From positions 66,494 to 130,493 of the forward strand of contig JAPPLG010000019.1 in the NCBI GenBank assembly GCA_028819545.1: a stretch of DNA of 64,000 nt. The letters are read 5' to 3'. Of this stretch, positions 26,806-36,834 are shown in pieces. How positions within the stretch are numbered: the stretch's first letter is position 1; the number at the start of each line of letters is the position of its first letter. Under the pieces are notes generated by a model, which was not told the DNA's origin, ran no database searches, and saw only the letters and a program-made list of their open reading frames with translations. Position numbers and translations under genes: made by a program. The stretch is from Bdellovibrionales bacterium. Its GTDB lineage: Bacteria > Bdellovibrionota > Bdellovibrionia > Bdellovibrionales > UBA1609.

Positions 26806-28761
26806 ATGACAACTTTATCTTCTGAGTTTTTGGAAAGACCAAAATATTTTAAAGAAGTCTCACTTTCTTCTGGAGATAGACTGGTTGTGGCAGACCCCAG
26901 GGCAACCAGAGCTATGCTGGCTTTAATGGATATGTCAGCTGTATTAGGAGGGGCGGCGGCTCACTGGGGAGGCCCTTCAGCTTTTGCTGAAATTAATTCT
27001 GTCCTCTTTGCCTTAATGTTTCAAAAATCCAAAAAATGGTTCAATCATTTTCATTTGGTGAACGATGCAGGACACTGTGAAAATGGTCTTTATGCTTTAA
27101 AAGCCAATTATAATTATGCAGGTTTACAAATAGAGGATTTAAAAAAATTTAGATCTCTTTCCAGTTTTTTAACAGGACATGGAGAGCATCATCTCTTTCC
27201 GCAAGGGATTTATTTAAGCAACGGCCCCTTAGGTTCTACTGTTGCTCAGGCTCAGGGCTTGGCTGTGGCAGATCGACTGAGTAAAAAAGATCGAACAACT
27301 GTTTTATTGGTATCAGACGGGGCTTTGATGGAAGGGGAAACTCGTGAGGCTTTAGCGTCTATTCCTGGTTTTTCTTCAAAAGATTTGATGAATCCATTTT
27401 TAATGGTAGTCAGCAACAATAATACAAAACTTTCAGGTAGAATTGATGAAGACAGTTTTTCGATGGAAAAAACCTTGTCCAGTTTAACAAATTTAGGTTG
27501 GAATGTTCTGACTCTGGGCAACCCTCATGATTTGACAAAAACAGCTCATTTGATGGAAGAGGCTCTTTTGCAGGTAAAAACAAAAAGTCCTGTAGCTGTG
27601 TTAGCTCAAACGATAAAGGGCTATGGTGTACAGCAGACACAAAAATCTTCAAGCGGAGGGCATGGTTTTCCTTTAAAAAATCCACAGGATCTAAAATCTT
27701 TTCTGGAAGAAATTTATCAGGAGGAAAAAATTCCGGAAGAATTTGCTGAATGGTCTGAAGAGCTTTTACAGCGTGTATCTCATAAAACTGTTTCTACAAA
27801 AAAATCTGTGGAAGAAAAAGTGCAGGAAGGAATTTCCAGAGCTCTTATTAAGAAAAAAGAAGAAAACTGCCCTATAGTTTCAGTCACTTCCGATCTTCCA
27901 GGATCCACAGGAGTTATGGGGTTTCGAAAAAAATTTCCTAAAGACTCTTTTGATGTAGGTGTTGCTGAAGCCAATATGTTTAGTATGGCCAGTGGTTTGT
28001 CCAAAGAGGGTTTTATCCCAGTGGTAGATACCTTTGCTCAATTTGGAGTGAGTAAGGGAGCTTTACCTTTATTTATGGCCTCTTTATCCAAAGCTCCTGT
28101 GATTGCTGTGTTATCTCATGTGGGATTTCAGGATGCGGCAGATGGAGCTTCTCACCAATGTCTGACTTATCTGGCCCAGACAGGAAGCATTCCAAATACT
28201 TTTGTTTATACTTTATCCTCCAGTCAGGAGGCTGAGGCTTTGATGAAACAGGCCATTGACAGTTTTCAAAAAGAAAAAAACAATTTTATTTTCTTTTTAG
28301 GAAGAGAAAAATATGCTCCAAGTTATTACGATCAGGATTATCAACTGGGAAAAGCTCAAGTTGTTTTTTCTGAAATTTCCAAAAAGAAAAAGTCCTGTAC
28401 TTTAATAGCTGGAGGCACTTTACTTCGGGAGGCTTTAAAGGCGGCAGAAGCGCTGGTTCAAGAAGACTGGGACATTATTGTCATTCACCCAAGCATTATC
28501 AATCATCCTGATGTGGACACTATTAAAAATTGTCTGAATCAAACACAGGGTCATGTTGTCACTATTGAAGATCATCAGCTTAAGGGAGGAATGGGATCCT
28601 TTATTGCTCATGCTTTATGTTTGGAAAAAATTCAATTTCAGATGCATTCTCTTGGAGTTCAGGGGGAATTTGGAAGAAGTGCCTATAAGGCTTTAGATCT
28701 TTATAAATTACATGGCTTAGACAGTTCTTCTATTGTTCAGGCTGTAAAATCTCATTTTTGA
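26806..28761 (+). CDS. Transketolase-family thiamine-diphosphate enzyme (fused N- and C-terminal halves)
   Basis: TPP-binding motif variant SDGALMEGETREALA...VVSNNN, pyrimidine-binding half FDVGVAEANM, and a C-terminal domain. 651 aa. Confidence 0.7.
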   Translation: MTTLSSEFLERPKYFKEVSLSSGDRLVVADPRATRAMLALMDMSAVLGGAAAHWGGPSAFAEINSVLFALMFQKSKKWFNHFHLVNDAGHCENGLYALKANYNYAGLQIEDLKKFRSLSSFLTGHGEHHLFPQGIYLSNGPLGSTVAQAQGLAVADRLSKKDRTTVLLVSDGALMEGETREALASIPGFSSKDLMNPFLMVVSNNNTKLSGRIDEDSFSMEKTLSSLTNLGWNVLTLGNPHDLTKTAHLMEEALLQVKTKSPVAVLAQTIKGYGVQQTQKSSSGGHGFPLKNPQDLKSFLEEIYQEEKIPEEFAEWSEELLQRVSHKTVSTKKSVEEKVQEGISRALIKKKEENCPIVSVTSDLPGSTGVMGFRKKFPKDSFDVGVAEANMFSMASGLSKEGFIPVVDTFAQFGVSKGALPLFMASLSKAPVIAVLSHVGFQDAADGASHQCLTYLAQTGSIPNTFVYTLSSSQEAEALMKQAIDSFQKEKNNFIFFLGREKYAPSYYDQDYQLGKAQVVFSEISKKKKSCTLIAGGTLLREALKAAEALVQEDWDIIVIHPSIINHPDVDTIKNCLNQTQGHVVTIEDHQLKGGMGSFIAHALCLEKIQFQMHSLGVQGEFGRSAYKALDLYKLHGLDSSSIVQAVKSHF

Positions 28762-29378
28762 ATTTTGCCATTTTGAATTTTAATAACTTTCTGGGATAGA
28801 TTTTTAATATCCTCCGAGTGATGGGATATTAACAGAGCAGGTATTTTATAGTGTTCAACCATTTGCTGTACTATTGAAGAAGCTTTCTTTCTGTTCTCGT
28901 CATCCAAGGAGGAAAAAGGCTCATCCAAGAATAGGATACGCGGGCGAGTCACTAAAGCACGAGAAAGGGCTACTCTTTGAGCCTCCCCTCTTGAAAGTTC
29001 GCTGGCTTTTTGATGAATGATGGGGGTTAGGTCCAAAGATCGAGTTAAAAATTCTAAATCTTTTTTCCAATTTTTTGTGGATATTTCTCCGGCAAATTGA
29101 ATATTTTCATAAGCTGTCATATGAGGAAATAACTCCAAACTTTGAAATACAAAACCAATTTTTCTTTCTTTTATAGGAAGTTGAGCTAAATCCTGTTTAT
29201 TAAAAATCCATTGAAGTGACGGGCAGGAATCTAATCCTGATAAAATTCTTAAAAAAGAAGTTTTACCTGCACCGGAGGGGCCAATAAGAGATGTAATGCC
29301 CTGATCAGGAAGGTTCAATTCAGGAATATCTATGACAAATCTACCGTATTTTTTCTTTAAATTTTTAATAATGGACAA
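28752..29378 (-). CDS. thiQ: ABC transporter ATPase, short ThiQ-like type
   Basis: Walker A GPSGAGKTS, signature LSRGEAQR, Walker B LFLDEPFSSLD. The 208-aa length and the context with a two-module permease and a binding protein suggest thiamine/iron(III)-type import. Confidence 0.6.
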   Translation of the reverse strand: MSIIKNLKKKYGRFVIDIPELNLPDQGITSLIGPSGAGKTSFLRILSGLDSCPSLQWIFNKQDLAQLPIKERKIGFVFQSLELFPHMTAYENIQFAGEISTKNWKKDLEFLTRSLDLTPIIHQKASELSRGEAQRVALSRALVTRPRILFLDEPFSSLDDENRKKASSIVQQMVEHYKIPALLISHHSEDIKNLSQKVIKIQNGKIQK

Positions 29379-29476
29379 TTTATTTCCTTTGTTTTGTTAT
29401 TGTATCTATTCCTGTACTTATGAAATTTATTTTGTCTTTTTTTGGGAAAAGAAGCAAAATAAACCATCCGCAGTAT

Positions 29477-29655
29477 GAAGAAATGTTTTACATACAAACT
29501 CAAACTGCAGACATGCGTTTTGCCACAGAGCGAATTAATGAGGTGCCAACCGATAATCAGCGAAGTGATGAGGTGCCAACCGAAATCACTGAGCCAGCAG
29601 TACCGCCTGTGATCAAATCCGAACTTGTTTGAGTTTGTATGTAAAGCATTTCTTC
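29477..29655 (+). repeat. H element copy 2, long variant with a ~70-nt internal insertion carrying two L-type units
   Basis: Basal stem GAAGAAATGTTTTACATACAAACTCAAAC / GTTTGAGTTTGTATGTAAAGCATTTCTTC (one mismatch). Cores CAGACATGCGTTTTGCCACAGAG and CTGTGATCAAATCCGAACTTG. The insertion holds ATGAGGTGCCAACCGA twice (29538, 29568). Confidence 0.85.
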
Positions 29656-29718
29656 TTAGTTTCGATTGGCCTTGTGCTTTGTAGTCGAACTTATTTATTT
29701 TCTTGTCTGCAAAATATC

Positions 29719-31173
29719 TCACTTCCTTTCTACCATAATACCAATAAAAGAAGGTATTTTTCTAAAAAAAAGAAAACATAAACTACCTATAAAAAGTAAA
29801 ATCCAAATGAGAGCCAATCCTTGTTCAGTCCTATATCTTTCCAGTAATTGTTGAGCAGTAATAGCCAGATTTGTATTTCCCTGTGAAGTGATCATTGTAT
29901 AGGCAAAATCTCCTGAAGCCCAAAAACCTGCTATTCCTCCCAGGAGAAAAAATGAAGGGGCACATTGAGGCCAGATGATTTTCTTAAAAATGTGTGTCTT
30001 GTCAGCTCCTAAAGTTTGGGCTGTTTGAATTTGATTTTCTAAACTGTATAGAAAAGATTCTCCAGCCCACCTATAAAGAGAAGGTAAAAATAAAATAATT
30101 AATCCGCATATCCAGGCCATATAAACTTGATCATTCATAAAAATTAAGAAAGAAAAGCCTGTCAGAACAATACTTGGAATGGCATATCCAATCAGGAATT
30201 TTTTTAAGTAAGAAATAGAACTGTAAAAGGAGATGAGAATAAAACAAAAAATAATTCCTGCTCCAACAGATAAAGATAAAAAGAGTGTTGCTAAAACAGC
30301 TGTCATAAAACCTGTTAACTTTAAAACCTCAGGTATATAATAAAGCCCCTCTACAAATCCAATGATAATAAAACATATTGGGAGTAATCCAAAAAGGACA
30401 TTCTTTTTTATATGAGTGTAAGGTAAAGGTCTAAGTTTTTTTAAGTAAGATATAGGTTTAAAGATGAAAAAAGATAAAATAAAAATACATAAAATTTCAA
30501 TAGATAAAAGACCTAAAGCTATAGGCCATTCATTAGGGTTTTTAAGATAATCATAAATAACTACTTCTAAAGTTTTTCCAGAGTCCCCGCCTAAAAGTAG
30601 AGGAAGGCTGAAGCTGGTTAAACAAAAACAAAAAACAGTTAAACTTATAAGTTGAACATCCCTTTTTAATACAAATCTGAGCAGTACTGTTAAAAGTTTC
30701 CAGAGCGGCAGGCCGTGTACAACAGCCCATTCACAATAAGATGCAGTTTTTGACATCAGCAGACGAGCTAGAATAACAGCCATTCCTCCGGCATAGGTTA
30801 TGGCATGGCCGAGTACAATAGGTGTCAGTCCAAAAGGGTTGATGGATATGTATTCAAAGATGTTGATTATACTGCCTGCGATGACCAAAGGAGGAAGAAA
30901 AAGTGGAAGTAAATAAGCCCATTCCAGAAAGGAGTAAAAAGGACGTTTGTAGAAAGCAGTCAATCCCAAAGAGGCTGGAAGAGCAAAAAACCAGCTTATA
31001 ACAACACTGAGAAAAGCTTGAAAAAATGTAAAAGAAAAACATGAAATAATCTTGGAGTATTCAGGTAAAGCAAATTCCTTAACTTTAAGAAGAAAGACAA
31101 TGAAGGGAAAACTCACGCTTAAAATTAAAGCAACAGGTAGAAAGTGTTTCTGAATAATTTTAATAAAAGACAT
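29719..31173 (-). CDS. thiP: ABC importer permease with two fused transmembrane modules (ThiP-like)
   Basis: 484 aa, ~12 hydrophobic helices. It lies between the binding-protein and ATPase genes and overlaps the binding-protein gene by 14 nt. Confidence 0.6.
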   Translation of the reverse strand: MSFIKIIQKHFLPVALILSVSFPFIVFLLKVKEFALPEYSKIISCFSFTFFQAFLSVVISWFFALPASLGLTAFYKRPFYSFLEWAYLLPLFLPPLVIAGSIINIFEYISINPFGLTPIVLGHAITYAGGMAVILARLLMSKTASYCEWAVVHGLPLWKLLTVLLRFVLKRDVQLISLTVFCFCLTSFSLPLLLGGDSGKTLEVVIYDYLKNPNEWPIALGLLSIEILCIFILSFFIFKPISYLKKLRPLPYTHIKKNVLFGLLPICFIIIGFVEGLYYIPEVLKLTGFMTAVLATLFLSLSVGAGIIFCFILISFYSSISYLKKFLIGYAIPSIVLTGFSFLIFMNDQVYMAWICGLIILFLPSLYRWAGESFLYSLENQIQTAQTLGADKTHIFKKIIWPQCAPSFFLLGGIAGFWASGDFAYTMITSQGNTNLAITAQQLLERYRTEQGLALIWILLFIGSLCFLFFRKIPSFIGIMVERK

Positions 31174-32167
31174 GATCCCATGTTTTTAAATATTTGTTTT
31201 TATTGGATAGAAATAAATCTATTTGTTTATAAGAGATTAAAGGAAGATCTTCCAAGTTTGCAAAAGGGGTCCCTTCCACAACATCTTGAGTGACGGGAAA
31301 CATATAATTCTTTGTCATTAAAATTTTTTGAATGTTTTTTTTTAATAAAAATTTTAAAAAATCTTGGGCTAAGTCACATTGCACACATGTTTCCGGAATA
31401 GCGGCAAGCTCAACTTGATAAGGATGTCCTTCAGAAAAACGAGCTGAGAAATATTCTGTGTTTTCTTCTACCAAGTGGTAAATGACGGAAGTTTGATAAG
31501 AAAAAGTAAGTTGAGTAAATCCTTTTTGGAAAAGTCCGTAAGAAGAAGACCAGGAGTGAGAGACAGTATATACTTGTTGTTTGAATGAACGTAGAAATTT
31601 TTCTGTATCTTTAAATAAAGAAAAAATCCAAAAATAAAATTGAAAGCCAAGAGTGCTGGAGCGAGGGTGAGGAAGTGAGATGTTTTTTTTTAAATTAGGA
31701 TTTAACAGTGATTCAATATTCTTAGGTAAATATTCAGGTGTTCTGGAAATAAAAGTCAGGGGAGCCCATGAAATGGGGATATTAAAAGGCTGAATCCATT
31801 TTTGAGCTTTTGGTATAAGATTATGACTGGGAGAGGCTATTTTTTTCCATTTTTGATTGGATGTATTGAAAGTCAATTGATCCATCCCCAATACGACATC
31901 AACTCCCAGTCCGTCAGACCTTAATTTCAGTCTTTGAATCATTAAAGTGGAATCTTCTACTTTCATCCATTGAATGCGGCATTGGCAAAACTCTTCAAAT
32001 TTTTCCTGAATGTCATGAGCAGGACCATAAGGGGATAAAAAAGAAGAATACACCATGACTTTCAGTTTGGGAGGGGAAGCTTCCTGAAAAAACACAGCCC
32101 ATCCAAAAATAACTCCAGCAACTATTAGGCATAAAACTGTAAAAATAATAATATTGGTTCGATTCAT
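31160..32167 (-). CDS. thiB: Periplasmic substrate-binding protein (ThiB/Fe3+-type)
   Basis: N-terminal anchor/signal, ~335 aa, operon context. The ATG at 32167 forms an ATGA overlap with the nth stop. Confidence 0.55.
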   Translation of the reverse strand: MNRTNIIIFTVLCLIVAGVIFGWAVFFQEASPPKLKVMVYSSFLSPYGPAHDIQEKFEEFCQCRIQWMKVEDSTLMIQRLKLRSDGLGVDVVLGMDQLTFNTSNQKWKKIASPSHNLIPKAQKWIQPFNIPISWAPLTFISRTPEYLPKNIESLLNPNLKKNISLPHPRSSTLGFQFYFWIFSLFKDTEKFLRSFKQQVYTVSHSWSSSYGLFQKGFTQLTFSYQTSVIYHLVEENTEYFSARFSEGHPYQVELAAIPETCVQCDLAQDFLKFLLKKNIQKILMTKNYMFPVTQDVVEGTPFANLEDLPLISYKQIDLFLSNKNKYLKTWDHVFY

Positions 32168-32820
32168 TTTTTCACCCCTGATTGAGGGCAAAGATCAATA
32201 AGGAAGCATTTTTCACAAAGAGGTCTTCTAGCTTTGCAGATACGGCGGCCATGATGAATGATGGCATGAGACCAAAAAATCCAAAATTTTTTAGCAATCA
32301 ATTGATTCAATATAATTTCAATTTCTTCTGCAGATTTGCTTTGCACTAGATTGAGGCGGTTCGATAATCTTGTCACATGTGTATCAACAACTACTCCTGA
32401 GGATATTTGAAAGGCATTTCCCAGTACAACATTGGCCGTTTTTCTTCCCACACCGGAAAGTGCTAATAGAGCTTCCATTTTACGTGGTATTTTTCCATTA
32501 TGTTTTTTCCACAAAGTTGTGGCACAGGTTTTTATACGTTTGGCTTTACTCCTGTAAAATCCAGTAGATTGAATGATTTTTTCTATATCTTCTACAGGAG
32601 CTTTAGAATAATCTTTTGCAGTTTTATATTTTTTAAATAGAATGGGAGTCACTTGATTCACTCTTTTATCTGTACATTGAGCACTTAAAATAGTGGCAAT
32701 TAATAACTCTAAAGGGTTTGAAAAATTAAGTTCACAATTTGCTTTCGGATAATATTTACGTAAGAGATTTATAATTTTTTCAACACGCTTGGTTTTTTTT
32801 TGTTTGGATTCGTAAGTCAA
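32164..32820 (-). CDS. nth: Endonuclease III
   Basis: HhH-GPD motif LSGVGRKTANVVL, catalytic region VDTHV, and Fe-S cluster loop CKARRPLCEKCFLIDLC. Confidence 0.9.
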   Translation of the reverse strand: MTYESKQKKTKRVEKIINLLRKYYPKANCELNFSNPLELLIATILSAQCTDKRVNQVTPILFKKYKTAKDYSKAPVEDIEKIIQSTGFYRSKAKRIKTCATTLWKKHNGKIPRKMEALLALSGVGRKTANVVLGNAFQISSGVVVDTHVTRLSNRLNLVQSKSAEEIEIILNQLIAKKFWIFWSHAIIHHGRRICKARRPLCEKCFLIDLCPQSGVKK

Positions 32821-32835
32821 AAGGCCGCCTTTTTA

Positions 32836-33783
32836 TTAAGTGAGTCTAAGAATTTTATCTCGAATTTCCATTACAAAAATACTTTGATCCCTGCTTATTT
32901 CCTGGTCCTTATAAAAAGATTTTATGGCATATAATATTTGATTTTTCATCAGATGAGCCCCAGGTTCTTCTACGCTATGGATAACTTGTTTCAGTCGAGT
33001 AACGCCAAAAGCTTCTCCTTGTTCATTTAGACATTCCACCACTCCTGGTGAGCAAAGTATGAGATGATCTTTTGGATTAAGATTTATTTTGTGACTTTTA
33101 ACGGCAGACAGCTGTTCAGTATTAAAACTTGAGCTTAATGGCTGTAAGTCATGAACTTTTTTCGTATCAAAAGAATATAAAAAACTATAAATAGAGCCCA
33201 CTAAACAATAAGATAAGGTATATTTTTTTTGGTCGATAGTAGAGTAAAATATATCAATCTTTGTTTCTATTTCCGTATTTTTTTGTTGTTCGTTTATTTC
33301 TTTACTTAATGTGAGTAGAAAATCATGAGGCTGTAAATTTTTGTAGTCAGTTCGAGCCGCTAATTTTAATCTGGATGAAAATAGGAGAGAGGACACAATG
33401 TGGGATACACAGCTGGACATAATTAATCCAAAGTTTCTTCTCTTAAAAGGTATAATTTGATAAAAATCTTTACCTGCCCCTCTTGGAGAAGAAAGAAATT
33501 TATAGCTGAATTCACAGTCAGGAATATAGGGCAATTGAGTGGGGATCAGATTTTCATAAAGTCTATAAAGGGTTTGAAGGTCTGAGTCCACTTGGTGTGT
33601 GAGTTTTAAGATTAATTTATCAGATAGAGATAATTGCTTTTTATACTCTTGAATAACAGTTTCTTTTAAGTTCAACTCCTGCATCAAGTCTTTGATTGTT
33701 TTTTGAAAATCCTCTGTTTTATGCTTCAGTACGTTGTTGGTGTTTTTTGAGGGAGTTTTCTTTTTTTTATCTTTATTTGTCAT
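32836..33783 (-). CDS. Coiled-coil protein with a SpoIIE/PP2C-like C-terminal domain (motifs degenerate)
   Basis: GKDFYQIIPF (compare GDFYD), HLILCSPGVVECLNEQGEAFGVTRL (compare LxLYTDGxxE...GExFG..RL) and SIFVMEI (compare DDxTxxxx). Confidence 0.5.
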   Translation of the reverse strand: MTNKDKKKKTPSKNTNNVLKHKTEDFQKTIKDLMQELNLKETVIQEYKKQLSLSDKLILKLTHQVDSDLQTLYRLYENLIPTQLPYIPDCEFSYKFLSSPRGAGKDFYQIIPFKRRNFGLIMSSCVSHIVSSLLFSSRLKLAARTDYKNLQPHDFLLTLSKEINEQQKNTEIETKIDIFYSTIDQKKYTLSYCLVGSIYSFLYSFDTKKVHDLQPLSSSFNTEQLSAVKSHKINLNPKDHLILCSPGVVECLNEQGEAFGVTRLKQVIHSVEEPGAHLMKNQILYAIKSFYKDQEISRDQSIFVMEIRDKILRLT

Positions 33784-33794
33784 AAATTATAATT

Positions 33795-34697
33795 TTACCT
33801 GAAATAAAGCTTATGGCACCAGGACTTTAAAGTATCTCCTAGATCCTGGTGGGATAGTAAAGTGGATAGTTGATCTATATACATTTCACATTCTAAAATA
33901 AGTTTTGTGTTCAGCTCGTCAAATTTTTCTACTTGTTTTTTCAACTCTTCTTCACCAATTAATTTTTTTAAATCTTCTGGATTACGGCAGGAGCGCAGGG
34001 TTTTCATATCTGTAATTTGAGAGCTTTCTTTTAGAAAGACTCCAAAAAAATTCAAATACCCCTCCTTTAAATCTTTAAATACATCTTTATTTTCTTTATT
34101 TCTAAAACCAAAATCCATCATATCATCAGATCGCTGAAAAAGCTGACCGAAAATACAACCGATACGGTCTAAAATTGTATAAAGATCCGTATTATTTTTG
34201 CGGCAACAAAAGAAAGGGGCTTTTAAACACCACTGAAAAAGTGGAGAGGTTTTTAAAATATGTATTTGATCGAGACTTTTTAATGTTTCTTTACCGAGAT
34301 TTTCACTTTGAGACCACTCTCCTTGAACCATTTTTTTTATGGTGATGGAGGTCAGTTTCAGCAAATCCAGGTTTCCATATTCAGAGATTTTAAATGACAC
34401 TTGAGCGAGTAAGTAATCTCCTGCCAAAATAGCTTTATTTTTTGAGAACTTTACCCAGGCTGTTAGGCGATTTCTGCGTAAGGGGGATGAGTCCAAAACA
34501 TCATCATGTAAGATCGAAGAATGGTGTATTCCTTCTACACTTTCTTCAAGAAGATTGATTTCATTTTCACTTAAATCCAGGTGTTTGGAAATGTCCCGTG
34601 TGAGACGGGCCCGCAAGCCCTTTCCTCCGTTAAAGAGATCTTTATAGACTTCATTTAGAGTGTGTACTTGTAAGTCGGTTAAATCCAGATTTTTCAT
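33795..34697 (-). CDS. Polyprenyl diphosphate synthase
   Basis: First Asp-rich motif LHDDVLD and second motif FQRSDDMMDF. Adjacent to the men genes, so it is probably the menaquinone side-chain synthase. Confidence 0.8.
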   Translation of the reverse strand: MKNLDLTDLQVHTLNEVYKDLFNGGKGLRARLTRDISKHLDLSENEINLLEESVEGIHHSSILHDDVLDSSPLRRNRLTAWVKFSKNKAILAGDYLLAQVSFKISEYGNLDLLKLTSITIKKMVQGEWSQSENLGKETLKSLDQIHILKTSPLFQWCLKAPFFCCRKNNTDLYTILDRIGCIFGQLFQRSDDMMDFGFRNKENKDVFKDLKEGYLNFFGVFLKESSQITDMKTLRSCRNPEDLKKLIGEEELKKQVEKFDELNTKLILECEMYIDQLSTLLSHQDLGDTLKSWCHKLYFR

Positions 34698-34728
34698 TCG
34701 TTTTTTCTACAAAAAATCTGCCTTAAAT

Positions 34729-35847
34729 TCAAGATATATTAAAGCCTAAGTATTTTTTTAAATTTAAAATTTGGACTTTTGACAAATGCCCTTTTGGCAA
34801 AGCAGGAACCAGGTAGCAATTTTGAATTTTTTCAAAAGGCCGCACTTGAACATTAAATGTCTTTCGAATATGGCTCAACAGCTCTATATTATTTTCTGAG
34901 CTTACTAAAATGATTTGACTTCCTGTTCTTGGGTGGGGTGCATGTAATAATTGGTAATTTGATGAGCATTTTAGGTCTATGAGGATTTTTAGCAGGATGT
35001 TCTCAAGCTCATAAAGAGAGACATTTTCTCCATTGATTTTACACATATAATCACGGCCAAAGACTTTTAATACTGAACCTTCAAGCTTCCCCCTATCTTC
35101 TGTAATAAACCATCCTTCATGAAAGGGCCTTTCTATAGTGTCTGGTTTGTCAGCACTCAGCCAGCCAGTCAGTAATGCAGAGGACTTTATGGCTATTTTG
35201 TTTTCAGGGAGGATTTTGATCTGACAATGCTTTAAGATTTCCAGTTGAGGATAGTTATTTTGTGTTAATGAATGGATGTCTGCTGTGGCTATTTGAGAGG
35301 AAGCTTCTGTCATACCGTAGGACGGCAGTAGGGGCCAATGAAGTGCTCTGGCAGAATGATACAGATTTTTATGGAGAGCGCCGCCTCCAACAACAGTAAC
35401 CCTTAAGTGGTCAGGAGCTTTTATGTTGTGGGAAACTAAATCATAAACCTGTGTGGGAACCAGGGAAGTTAAAGTGATTCGATACTCTTTAAGATGAGAA
35501 AGAAAATTTTTTGGAGACCAACGGTCTTTCATTATAAAATAAGAGGATTGAGATAAAAAACTTCGTGCTAAAATAGAAAGTCCTCCCACATGAAAAAGAG
35601 GAAGACTGATCAGCCACCTGTCTTTTTTTTGAACTTGCAGGTGGTGATTTACAGATTCCGCTGAATGAAGAAAGGCCTTCTTGGATAGAGCAATACATTT
35701 TTTTGATTTTGTTCCTGAAGTATGGATAAACAGGTGACCTTTTAATTGTTTAAAAGTATCTGAATTGTAGTCTGTATTTTCTATTGGATTGAGAAAAAAA
35801 TAGTTTTCATCATTTGTCCAATTGATATTTGTTGGGTTGATTTGCAT
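34729..35847 (-). CDS. menE: O-succinylbenzoate-CoA ligase (short adenylate-forming enzyme)
   Basis: AMP-binding motifs HTSGTKSKKC, YGMTE, ITEDRG. 372 aa. Sits between menC and the polyprenyl synthase. Confidence 0.65.
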   Translation of the reverse strand: MQINPTNINWTNDENYFFLNPIENTDYNSDTFKQLKGHLFIHTSGTKSKKCIALSKKAFLHSAESVNHHLQVQKKDRWLISLPLFHVGGLSILARSFLSQSSYFIMKDRWSPKNFLSHLKEYRITLTSLVPTQVYDLVSHNIKAPDHLRVTVVGGGALHKNLYHSARALHWPLLPSYGMTEASSQIATADIHSLTQNNYPQLEILKHCQIKILPENKIAIKSSALLTGWLSADKPDTIERPFHEGWFITEDRGKLEGSVLKVFGRDYMCKINGENVSLYELENILLKILIDLKCSSNYQLLHAPHPRTGSQIILVSSENNIELLSHIRKTFNVQVRPFEKIQNCYLVPALPKGHLSKVQILNLKKYLGFNIS

Positions 35848-35868
35848 ACTTCCTCATTTTCAGTAACT

Positions 35869-36834
35869 TTATATTAACCGAATCCATTTTTGTCTGCTGA
35901 GTAGTGAATCAAAGCCCAGCCCTGTTCCTAAAGGAGCGTAAAAATTTGTATAAAAACAAGAAAAATCATTTTTTCGGTAAAAATTCAAGGGATAGTGTAA
36001 TCCACAGACTTCTTTTTTTCTTGGATGAATTTTATAAAATTGGGAAGCTTTGACCCAGCTTAAGCGGGCTTCCAGAGGATGACTGAGACTATGAGTAAAG
36101 ATAAATCTTTGAAACTTGGATATAGCAAGTTCTTTAAGTATTTGTTGAAGTTTGTGCCGGGAAGGTTTTAATACTCGAGTAATGCCATGATGAGGCTGAC
36201 ACCAGTCGCCGGCCAAGTGAAAAAAAGACGGGGTATAGGAAAAGTTAACAAAAGGATCTTCAATAAAATCAATATAAGAAATTAAATCTTTATTTTCTTT
36301 TTCCCATTTGTCCCACTGTTTTTTTGATAATTTTTCATTAAAGTCCAATCTGATTTGAAACTTCTTTTTAGTATTTTCAATAATTTGTCTTAGCTTTAAA
36401 TTTTCTTTTGTAAGATGAGATCCCATCTTTATTTTAAATACATTAAAAGGAATTTCATCTAAGCTATTCCATAGGTTTATATTTGAGATAAGATAATGGC
36501 TTTGAATTAGAGGATAGCCGAATAATAGGCTTTGGCCTTTAGATCGAGCTGTAGCATCCATGTAAGCATCCTGTAAAATTGTATCTATCCAGATGGCTTG
36601 CTTGTTTTTTTGTATATTTTTGGAGGGTATATTTTTTAAAATTTCAATGTAGTCAGACAACATTCCTTCTCTAAAATGGGAAAGAGGCTGAATGCTGTTG
36701 TAGCCGATTATGCCTTTAGAAAATAAAACTTTAATCAACAGTCCTGTTCTTTCTTTTTGGCTTGCTTGTTCTGTGAGTGTATAAGAGCTAGTCCAAATTT
36801 CTTTTATTGGCTCCATAGGTTTTGAAATAATCAT
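35869..36834 (-). CDS. menC: o-Succinylbenzoate synthase (enolase superfamily)
   Basis: FKIKMG, QIRLDFNE and FIEDP metal-ligand motif order; overlaps menA by 4 nt. Confidence 0.65.
   Translation of the reverse strand: MIISKPMEPIKEIWTSSYTLTEQASQKERTGLLIKVLFSKGIIGYNSIQPLSHFREGMLSDYIEILKNIPSKNIQKNKQAIWIDTILQDAYMDATARSKGQSLLFGYPLIQSHYLISNINLWNSLDEIPFNVFKIKMGSHLTKENLKLRQIIENTKKKFQIRLDFNEKLSKKQWDKWEKENKDLISYIDFIEDPFVNFSYTPSFFHLAGDWCQPHHGITRVLKPSRHKLQQILKELAISKFQRFIFTHSLSHPLEARLSWVKASQFYKIHPRKKEVCGLHYPLNFYRKNDFSCFYTNFYAPLGTGLGFDSLLSRQKWIRLI

Noticed and set aside
32164-32200. TPP riboswitch upstream of the thiB-like gene
   Set aside because: The thiB-like start overlaps the nth stop (ATGA), so there is no leader to hold a riboswitch. 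I saw nothing resembling the conserved CUGAGA/ACCUGA THI-box elements in the neighbourhood.
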